Under the pieces are notes generated by a model. It was not told where the DNA came from, did not search any database, and saw only the letters and a list, made by a program, of their open reading frames with translations. From Thermoanaerobaculia bacterium (GTDB lineage: Bacteria; Acidobacteriota; Thermoanaerobaculia; Gp7-AA8), in contig DASWNW010000038.1 of NCBI GenBank assembly GCA_036399015.1, forward strand, positions 122,934 through 186,933: a DNA stretch of 64,000 nt. The letters run 5' to 3'. Shown here piece after piece: positions 21,538 through 29,006 of this stretch. Every line of letters begins with the position of its first letter. Position 1 is the first letter of the stretch. The translations under genes and the position numbers were made by a program.

Positions 21538-22203
21538 ATGGCGGAGCAGTTCCTGATTCTAGGGCATCGCGGCAGTCCGAAACGCTTCCCCGAGAACACG
21601 CTGGCGTCGTTCGAAGAGACGCTGCGCGCGGGCGCCGACGGCTTCGAGACCGACCTCCGCCTGCTCTTCGACCGCACCGCCGTGCTGTACCACGACGACG
21701 AGCTGAATGAAGAGCAGATCGAGTCGCTCAGCTTCACCCAGCTCGCCGAGCGCGGAGCGATGGCGGAGCGGCTCACGAACCTCTCGCGGTTCGCCGGCCG
21801 CGGCATGATGGTGCTCGAGGTGAAGCGTGCGAAGTGGGAGGAGACGCTCATCGAGCACGTGCGCGAATGGCCGGATGCGGTCATCGCGTCCTTCGATCAT
21901 TCGATCCTGGTCGAGCTCCGCCGCCGCGACTTCGCCCTCCCCCTCGGCATCACCTTCCACGGCTACATCGTCGACGTCGCCGCGTACGCCGCGCGCCTCG
22001 GTGCCGCCTGGGCGTTCCCGAACTATCACTTCGTCGACGAGGAGATGGTGCGGTCACTCCACGGCGAGGGAATCCGCGTGATGCCCTGGACGGCGAACCG
22101 GAAGCAGGAGTGGGAGCGGCTGCGGGAGCTCGGCTGCGACGGGGTGATCACCGACTACCCCGCCGAGGCGGTGGAATGGCGCGGCGCGGAGCTTCGTCGC
22201 TGA
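21538..22203 (+). CDS. Glycerophosphodiester phosphodiesterase family protein.
   Basis: The motif LGHRGSPKRFPENTLASFE is HR(G)xxxxxPENT. 221 aa. Confidence 0.8.
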   Translation: MAEQFLILGHRGSPKRFPENTLASFEETLRAGADGFETDLRLLFDRTAVLYHDDELNEEQIESLSFTQLAERGAMAERLTNLSRFAGRGMMVLEVKRAKWEETLIEHVREWPDAVIASFDHSILVELRRRDFALPLGITFHGYIVDVAAYAARLGAAWAFPNYHFVDEEMVRSLHGEGIRVMPWTANRKQEWERLRELGCDGVITDYPAEAVEWRGAELRR

Positions 22204-22269
22204 ATGGCATCCACACTTTGTTACACTTGCCGCGCTCGAGCGTAGCTACGGGAGGGGGAGCCCACGGAC

Positions 22270-22467
22270 ATGAGACTCTGGGAATACAAGATCATCAACG
22301 TCCGGTCGGAGAATTACTCGATGGATCCGCGGCGCGCGGAAGAGCTGAACCGCCTCGGCGACGAGGGATGGGAGCTGGTCAGCATCACCTCGATCAACTT
22401 CAAGACCGGCGCGACCGATCACATCGGGATGGTGTTCAAGAGAGAGAAGCAGGCCGCAACCGCCTAG
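22270..22467 (+). CDS. DUF4177-like small protein.
   Basis: 65 aa starting MRLWEYKII...GWELVSI. The size and motif are typical of DUF4177. Confidence 0.5.
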   Translation: MRLWEYKIINVRSENYSMDPRRAEELNRLGDEGWELVSITSINFKTGATDHIGMVFKREKQAATA

Positions 22468-22564
22468 CCGGCACGGCCGGCGGCGCTGGTTGCTCCGCCG
22501 GTGCACGTACGGCCACTCCGTCGGTGCGTTCTGCCGCGCAGGCTCCTAGCCCTCCGCTCGCGAG

Positions 22565-23010
22565 GTCACCCGACGATCCATTGATCGTCACCCACGTTCA
22601 CCCCATCGCAGGTGATGATCCGCGCATCGCCGCGCGACGATCCGCGCGCGCGTTCCCGACGATCCGGTGGACATCTGCTGATGTCCATCGCCAGGAACCC
22701 GGCGATCGCGTCATCGCGCCGGACGATCCTCCGGTCGTCACGGACGTCGAGCGGATCGTCGCCGGTCGATCCACCCCATCGCCGCCCCTCGATCCACTCA
22801 TCGTCGACCATGTGCTCCCACATCGCCGCCGGCCCCGGTTCGACGACACTCACGATCCGCCGATCGTCGGTTCGCCGCGCCTCGATCGTCGCCTCTCGAT
22901 GCGATGGAGGTGAGGTGATGTCCGCAGGATCGCCGGGCGACCTCGACTTGGGGCGAGGTGGCGATGTGCGGATCGTCGACCGGCGCGACACCGTCGGCAC
23001 GCGACCATCA
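22565..23010. promoter_or_regulatory. Non-coding array of ACGATC-N3-5-GATCGT inverted-repeat motifs. It holds about 17 GATC sites in about 450 bp.
   Basis: Counted by eye: GATC is roughly 10-fold over-represented for this base composition. About 6 imperfect palindromic copies are present, such as CGACGATCCATTGATCGTCA. Confidence 0.5.
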
Positions 23011-23025
23011 CGATAAGATCGCGGA

Positions 23026-23586
23026 GTGATCGAAGCCCTACGGATCGTGGCGCTCCTCGGGTTAGCGCTCACCGCGTGCAGCTCGCTGCCGCCGAATGCG
23101 CTTCGTCCATCAACCCCAGGCGCTCTCCAGCGCGAGTTTCAACGCTCCCACGGACCGGCAACAGAAGCCGAGTACGCGCAGTGTGAGACACCATACGAGA
23201 ACACGACTGGCGTAACCGAAATCGCCATCGAGAGAACGTCCTGCTACGGCTACTGCCCGACCTACACCCTCCAGCTGTTCAGCGATGGCCGCGTTGCGTA
23301 CGTCGGTCAGGCTTCCGTCAGATTCATCGAGCCGCGAAGCGGGAAGCTGGATGAGTACTTGTTCACGAAGCTCGCACGGACGGCGGTTGGAATCGGATTC
23401 TTCGAGTTGCAGGACCGATATACGTGTGCGGTGACCGACAACCCGACTGTCTACGTCGCCGTAGTCCGGAACGGAACGCGAAAGGTCATCGAACACTACG
23501 CGCCCGAATGGACCGGCCCGGCCGCTCTCCGTCTGTTTGAAGAGGCCATCGACAACGTAGAGCCGTACATCGAGTGGGTGAGGTGA
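23026..23586 (+). CDS. Lipoprotein (DUF6438-like), lower GC.
   Basis: A signal peptide with a lipobox (LALTAC) is present. Conserved cysteines occur at ...SCYGYCPTY. Confidence 0.6.
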   Translation: MIEALRIVALLGLALTACSSLPPNALRPSTPGALQREFQRSHGPATEAEYAQCETPYENTTGVTEIAIERTSCYGYCPTYTLQLFSDGRVAYVGQASVRFIEPRSGKLDEYLFTKLARTAVGIGFFELQDRYTCAVTDNPTVYVAVVRNGTRKVIEHYAPEWTGPAALRLFEEAIDNVEPYIEWVR

Positions 23587-23759
23587 CTCCTCGCCGCGCC
23601 GTCATGAAGCGGTGGCCGTTCAACCTCGCCGCCGCGTTCTCGCTGCTGCTGTCGCTCACCATCGCCGCGGCATGGGCGACGAGTTACGCGCAGCCGCGCG
23701 ACTGGCATCTACTCGGACTCGCGCACTCAGCGGGTTTGACGCGGGTTGATCTCGACCGC

Positions 23760-24022
23760 CGCGGGGTCGTCGTGATTCGAGTCGAAGCCGACGTGCGCGA
23801 CCTCCTCGACTACCTCTGCGGCGTATCCGTTCATCAGGAAGTGTTCTTTCTCTGGCGTCCCTTTCTGCGTGACGCCGCGGACGACATGATCGTGGAGTTG
23901 GCGGTTGCCGCGGGTGTGAAGTCATCGTGACGCACAATGTCAGAGACTTCCGCGGTGCCGAACGTTTCGGCCTGCGGATCGTGACGCCAGCCGTTATTTT
24001 CAGGTCAACTTTGAGGTGAACA
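23760..24022 (+). pseudogene. Remnant of a PIN-domain toxin (TIGR00305-like). Only the C-terminal half is present, and it is frameshifted.
   Basis: ...FLWRPFLRDAADDMIVELAVAAGV continues in the -1 frame as VIVTHNVRDFRGAERFGLRIVTPAVIF. No PIN N-terminal aspartates lie upstream. The upstream part of ORF 23574-23930 is unrelated. Confidence 0.5.
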
Positions 24023-24023
24023 G

Positions 24024-24299
24024 ATGGGTGCCTTGAACCTTCGTCTTCCAGAATCTCTTCACCGCAAGCTCAGCGAAGTGGCGGAACGTGAAGGGATTTC
24101 CATCAATCAGCTCATCAATTCCGCAGTCGCTGAAAAGATGTCCGCCTTGATGACAGAGGAGTATCTCGCGGCACGTGCCAAGCGGGGGAGCCGCCGGAAG
24201 TTTGATGCCGTTCTCGCTAAAGTACCGGATGTCGAGCCACATGCAACAGATCGACTTCCCGCGCCCAGTCGGAAGCGGGCTGATAAAAAGGCTGGCTAG
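24024..24299 (+). CDS. HicB-family-like ribbon-helix-helix antitoxin.
   Basis: MGALNLRLPESLHRKLSEVAEREGISINQLINSAVAEKMSALMTEEYL matches the short RHH HicB-like antitoxins. Confidence 0.6.
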   Translation: MGALNLRLPESLHRKLSEVAEREGISINQLINSAVAEKMSALMTEEYLAARAKRGSRRKFDAVLAKVPDVEPHATDRLPAPSRKRADKKAG

Positions 24300-24512
24300 C
24301 GCGGAACCGGCCGCACAGCTGGCGTGAGATCCGTCAGGCGCATAGACCATCGCCCCCCTACACCGGGTCCGGGGGCCGGTCAGTGTGCAGGCGCGGATGA
24401 TCATGTCACCCCACTGGGCGATCGTCCTCCTCGGCCTGCCACTGCCGCTGCTGTGGCTGCGCGTCAGGCGCCGTTCGCGATCGCGACCCGTCAGCCCCCG
24501 TTGAGGGCGCCG

Positions 24513-24722
24513 CTACCGACGTCGTGCCGGCTCGACGCTGTCGGGAACACGCTCCGCGGCTTCTTTCGCGCGCGCGATCCACGCCGGCCGCTTCGACTTG
24601 GACGGCGGCACGGTGACCGGCTCGCCCCACGCGGACGGATCCTGCGCGTCCGCGATCACGAGCTCGTCGAGCTCCGTCTCCGTCAGTTCCGGCTTCTTCG
24701 GGCGTCGTTTCACAGCTGCCAT
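24513..24722 (-). CDS. Putative BrnA-like antitoxin, apparently lacking the C-terminal RHH.
   Basis: It lies immediately downstream of the BrnT-like gene. The ELTETELDELV...RPAWIARAKEAAERV pattern is loosely BrnA-like. Confidence 0.3.
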   Translation of the reverse strand: MAAVKRRPKKPELTETELDELVIADAQDPSAWGEPVTVPPSKSKRPAWIARAKEAAERVPDSVEPARRR

Positions 24723-24729
24723 CCAGTAA

Positions 24730-24993
24730 TTACGCGCATCGTCTGATGCCAGAGACGTGCACGATCAACATGAGAGGACGACCAGCGTCGGTCCGGCCGA
24801 GGAGCTGGTACCGGCTCGCTCCGTGCCGCCTGTGGTTCGGGCGGACAACGAAGCCGTTCCAGATCAACTCTGCCGCCTCCCACGCCTCCACACGATGCGC
24901 CGCGAGCTTGTCAGCATCGTAGTCGATCTCCCATTCGGCGGGGTCGAAGCGATGCCAGTCGACCACGGCCTTAATTAGAGGCGCCAGTTGCAC
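24730..24993 (-). CDS. BrnT-like (DUF497) ribonuclease toxin, possibly C-terminally truncated.
   Basis: The pattern YDADKLAAHRVEAWEAAELIW...LLGRTDAGRPLMLIVHV resembles the DUF497 core. This is a weak by-eye call. Confidence 0.4.
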   Translation of the reverse strand: MQLAPLIKAVVDWHRFDPAEWEIDYDADKLAAHRVEAWEAAELIWNGFVVRPNHRRHGASRYQLLGRTDAGRPLMLIVHVSGIRRCA

Positions 24994-25314
24994 CGGTGGT
25001 ATTCCTCGTGCGTCTCGATCCAGAACCAGAGGATGCCGTCGGGTGCAGTGACGGGTGCTGCGAATTCGCTTTCAACAGCTCGAAGTTCGCACGAGCGAGT
25101 CAGAACTTGAGGGACGCGTGATGACTCAAATCTCGCGCGTCTCACCGCGGCGGTGTTCGGCGACCTGGGTGAATCTTAGAAGAGCGCCGATCGCGCCGGC
25201 TCGGGGGCGGTCGTTGCTGGCGCGACCATCGTCTCGCGCGGCTGCGGCCTCTCCACGTGATTACGTGAGGTGCGGAGGTCCGGCATCGTTCCTTCGGCGG
25301 GTGGGATCGCCCCC

Positions 25315-26844
25315 CTACCCCTCCGGCTCGTGCGCCGGGTCGATGTTGGTCATTTCCGCCATCACCATCGTCTCGCCGGCGGCCTCGTGGGGGCGGGCTT
25401 CGCCCACCTTTCCTTTCGGGATCGTCACGGCGACGCCGAGGGCGAGGGCGACGACGGCGGTGCTGGTCCAGAAGATCGTGCGCAGCGTTCCCTCGAGCGC
25501 TCCCTGCAGCGCGTGCAGTTCGGCGGGGGAGATGCGGGCGCGGGCCTCGGGGTTCACGAGGGCGTTCGGGTCCTGGGAGAACTGGGCGAGGCCGGCGGCG
25601 AGCAGGGCGCCGAGAATCGCGACGCCGAGGGCGCCGCCCATGGAGCGGGAGAACTGGTTGAGTGACGTCGTGATGCCGAGCTGCTCGCGCGGTACGGCGT
25701 GCTGCGAGGCGATGAGCAGCGTGAGCATGGTCAGGCCGAGGCCGGCGCCGATGAGGATCAGCTCGATCATCATGACCATGCGCGGCGTGTCGCGGGTGAA
25801 GGTCGCCAGGGCGGCGAAGCCGCCGAGCATGAGCACGAGCCCGGCGAGCACGAGCGTGCGCGAGCCGAGGCGGATGAGGAGCCGGCCGCCGACGATCGAC
25901 GAGAGCACCCACGCCAGCATGAGCGGTGTGAGGAACGAGCCGGCCTCGGTCGCCGTTGCGCCGAGGACCCCCTGCGCCAGCAGCGGCACGAAGGTGATCG
26001 CCGCGAACATCGCGATGCCGGCGAGGAACCCGACCACGATCGCCACCGTCACCACCCGGTTGCGGAACAGCGCGAACGGCACCACCGGGTCGGCGGCGCG
26101 GTTCTCGATGCGCACGAACGCGACGAGGAGGATCGCGATGGCGAGGATGAGTGCGAGGTTGCGCGGCTGCAGCAGCAGGCGCGGGTCGCTCCCCTCCCCC
26201 AGCACGAGCAGGAGCATCGTCATCGCCAGCGTCAGCACGATCGCGCCGGCGTAGTCGATCGAGGGGCGCGACTCCCGCTTCGGCTCCACGAGCGCGACGC
26301 CGATCAGCACCGCCGCCGCGATCCCGACCGGCAGGTTGATGAGGAAGACCCAGCGCCAGGAGAGCTGGTCGGTGATGAAACCGCCGACGAGCGGCCCGAA
26401 GACGCTGGAGACGCCCCAGACGCCGCTGAAGAGCCCCTGCATCTTCGCCCGCTCCTGCAGCGTGAAGATGTCGCCGATGATGGTCATCGCCAGCGGCACG
26501 AGCGCGCCGGCGCCGAGGCCCTGCACGGCGCGGGAGATGATGAGCTGCGTCATCGTCTGCGAGAAGCCGCACAGCGCCGATCCGAGCAGGAAGACGAAGA
26601 CGCCGATCTGGAAGAGGCGTCTCCGGCCGAAGAGGTCGGAGAGCTTCCCCCAGACCGGCACCGTGACGGTCGAGGTGAGGAGATAGGCCGAGAAGACCCA
26701 GCTGTAATGCGCGAGTCCGCCGAGGGCGGCGACGATGGTCGGCATGGCTGTACCGACGATCGTGGACTCGAGTGCAGCGAGCAGCATCCCGGTCATGACG
26801 CCGCCGGTGACGACCCACCGGCGGCGGGGTGACATCGCGAGCAT
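25315..26844 (-). CDS. MFS transporter, DHA2 family.
   Basis: 14 predicted TM helices and the motif GKLSDLFGRRRLFQIG. The 911-aa ORF is an artefactual extension. Confidence 0.8.
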   Translation of the reverse strand: MLAMSPRRRWVVTGGVMTGMLLAALESTIVGTAMPTIVAALGGLAHYSWVFSAYLLTSTVTVPVWGKLSDLFGRRRLFQIGVFVFLLGSALCGFSQTMTQLIISRAVQGLGAGALVPLAMTIIGDIFTLQERAKMQGLFSGVWGVSSVFGPLVGGFITDQLSWRWVFLINLPVGIAAAVLIGVALVEPKRESRPSIDYAGAIVLTLAMTMLLLVLGEGSDPRLLLQPRNLALILAIAILLVAFVRIENRAADPVVPFALFRNRVVTVAIVVGFLAGIAMFAAITFVPLLAQGVLGATATEAGSFLTPLMLAWVLSSIVGGRLLIRLGSRTLVLAGLVLMLGGFAALATFTRDTPRMVMMIELILIGAGLGLTMLTLLIASQHAVPREQLGITTSLNQFSRSMGGALGVAILGALLAAGLAQFSQDPNALVNPEARARISPAELHALQGALEGTLRTIFWTSTAVVALALGVAVTIPKGKVGEARPHEAAGETMVMAEMTNIDPAHEPEG

Positions 26845-26888
26845 TGGCGCGCGAATTCTGCACGATGCGCGCCTCGGCGCGAAGGCCG

Positions 26889-27701
26889 CTACTTGACCGG
26901 GAAGTAGCCGACCTTCGTCACGAGCTGCTGCCCCTCGGGGCCGGTCGCCCAGTCGATGAACGCCTTCATGTCCTTCGACGGCTTCACGCGCGTGTAGAGA
27001 TAGAGGAAGCGGCTGATCGGGTACGCACCGGTGCGCACGTTCTCGAGCGTCGGCAGGACCGCCGGGCTCTTGTCGTCCTTCTTCACCGCCGCGAACTTGA
27101 TGCCCTTCGCGTAGGCGGCGCCGCCGTAGCCGATGCCGTTCGCGTCCTTCGCCACCGCGTTCACCACCGCCGCGGTTCCCTGCAGCGTCTGCGCGCGGGG
27201 CGCGAAGTCCTTGCCCATGAGCACGTTGTCCTTGAAGTAGGTGTACGTGCCGGACGAGTTCTCGCGCGAGTAGAGGATGATCGCCGCGTCCCGGCCGCCG
27301 ACCTGCTTCCAGTTCGTGATCCGGCCGGCGTAAATGTCGCGGATCTGCGCGAGCGTCAGCTCCTTCACCGGGTTCGCGGTATTGAGGTAGACCGACAGCC
27401 CGTCGCGCGCGATCGGGTAGGCGTAGCCGGTGGTGGCGAAGCGCGACTTCAGCTTGTCGACCTCGCTCGTCTTGATCGGCCGCGACGACGCGGCGATGTC
27501 GGTGGTGCCGTTGATGAGCGACGCGATGCCGACGCCGGAGCCGCCGCCGGTGACCTGGATCTGCGTGTCGGGCTTCTTCGCCATGAACGCCTCGGCGAGC
27601 CGCGCGTTCATGATCACCATCGTGTCGGAGCCTTTGATCGAGATGGGACGGGCGGCGAAGAGAGGAAGGGCGAGAAGCAGCGCTGCGATCAGTTTTTTCA
27701 T
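26889..27701 (-). CDS. pstS: Phosphate-binding protein PstS family (periplasmic substrate-binding protein).
   Basis: A signal peptide and SGVG/TYTYF phosphate-binding motifs are present. 270 aa. Confidence 0.8.
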   Translation of the reverse strand: MKKLIAALLLALPLFAARPISIKGSDTMVIMNARLAEAFMAKKPDTQIQVTGGGSGVGIASLINGTTDIAASSRPIKTSEVDKLKSRFATTGYAYPIARDGLSVYLNTANPVKELTLAQIRDIYAGRITNWKQVGGRDAAIILYSRENSSGTYTYFKDNVLMGKDFAPRAQTLQGTAAVVNAVAKDANGIGYGGAAYAKGIKFAAVKKDDKSPAVLPTLENVRTGAYPISRFLYLYTRVKPSKDMKAFIDWATGPEGQQLVTKVGYFPVK

Positions 27702-27710
27702 TGGGATCCT

Positions 27711-28925
27711 CTAGAAGGAGTACTGGTAGCGGACGGTCAAGACGTTGTCGGCCGGATCGTTCATCTCGTTGTCCGGCTTCTCGTAGGCGAACATCACTTT
27801 GCTGTGGGCGTCCCAGTGGAAGATGTAGGAGCCGCCGATGGTGCGCACCGCGTCGTTCCGGACATCGGCGTTCGGGTCGTACTCGTCGAGGCGCGCGACG
27901 AGCTGGTGGCGCGTGCCGAGGTTCTGGATGGCGTAGAAGTACCAGCCGGCGACGTCGAACGACTCGGTACGCGTGCTGCCGGAGGCCGGCGCCTGCTTGC
28001 CGGTGATGTACTCGCCGCGGACACCGAGGCCGGGGACCGGCGTGACCCATTGGAAGTCGATGCCCTGACGCTCCTTGTCGAACTCGACTCCGGCGGCGTT
28101 GGTGCTCGTGGCGACGAGATCGGAGCCGCGATAGAGCGAGGCGCCGAGGTCGAGCGGGCCGAAGGAGTAGCCGACGCGGCCGACGACGTCCTTCCCTTCA
28201 TTGAGGTCGTCGGAGCGGCCGGTGCCGGTGCCGTTGACCACCGCGACCTGGTAGCGCAGCCGCTCGCCGAGCCCGAGGCCGGAGACCATCACGCCGCGAT
28301 CGCGCTCGCCGGGGAAGAGGGTGCGGATGACGCGCGAGCGCTCCGGCATCTCGCGCGCGCTCGACGAGTACATGATCTCGAAGCCGAACGGCCAGTTGAA
28401 CTGACCCGCGGTGAGCGTGTTCTTCCAGGCGGTCCAGGGCTCGGTGAGCTCGACGTAGCCGTCCTTCAGTGTGACGCCGGAGGAGGTGACGTCGGGCTGC
28501 AGGACGAAGCGGGAGGTGGGGGTGAACTGGTAGGTGAACTTGACGCGCGCGCGGCGGACCGAGAACTGGTCGAGGTTGCGCGTGCCGGTCGTGCCGCCGA
28601 GTGTGTCCTGCGAGCGCTCGTCGTCGACGTACTGCGCCTGCAGGTAACCGGAGAACTTCGTCCGGTTGAGCGCGTCGACGACGTTGCGCATCTCCGTGAA
28701 GGCCTCGCCGAAGCTCTCCATGCGGCCGTTCAGCTCTTCGGCCGACGGCGTGGTGGGGGTTCCCGGCGGGATCTCGTCGGAGCCGGGCTCGGTCTCGGGG
28801 ACCCGCGGCTGTTCCTGCGTCCGCGCGGCCGCGGCGTCGATCGCCTCGCCTGTGATAGTCGGTACTTCGTCTGCAAAGACGGGCAGCGCGAGCAGCAGCG
28901 CCGTGCCGATCCACTTCAGTTTCAT
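27711..28925 (-). CDS. Phosphate-selective porin O/P family outer-membrane protein.
   Basis: A signal peptide, a beta-barrel pattern and C-terminal ...VRYQYSF (terminal aromatic) are present. It is adjacent to pstS. Confidence 0.75.
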   Translation of the reverse strand: MKLKWIGTALLLALPVFADEVPTITGEAIDAAAARTQEQPRVPETEPGSDEIPPGTPTTPSAEELNGRMESFGEAFTEMRNVVDALNRTKFSGYLQAQYVDDERSQDTLGGTTGTRNLDQFSVRRARVKFTYQFTPTSRFVLQPDVTSSGVTLKDGYVELTEPWTAWKNTLTAGQFNWPFGFEIMYSSSAREMPERSRVIRTLFPGERDRGVMVSGLGLGERLRYQVAVVNGTGTGRSDDLNEGKDVVGRVGYSFGPLDLGASLYRGSDLVATSTNAAGVEFDKERQGIDFQWVTPVPGLGVRGEYITGKQAPASGSTRTESFDVAGWYFYAIQNLGTRHQLVARLDEYDPNADVRNDAVRTIGGSYIFHWDAHSKVMFAYEKPDNEMNDPADNVLTVRYQYSF

Positions 28926-29006
28926 GCGAGTTTTCTCCTGCGCGCAGTCTGGGCAGCGGGAGAAAAGCGTTGAAGCAGACGGTGTAAAGAGAAGGTGAAG
29001 CGGGCG

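Noticed and set aside
21834-22913. 359-aa plus-strand ORF giving repeating DDPLIVTHV-like peptides.
   Set aside because: It overlaps GDPD and DUF4177 in other frames and has no start context. The peptide periodicity simply reflects the non-coding GATC-palindrome array.
25142-26863. 573-aa minus-strand ORF and plus-strand ORFs 25055-26254 and 25699-26832.
   Set aside because: They are alternative frames of the MFS gene 25315-26844. Their composition is Arg/Pro/His-rich junk.
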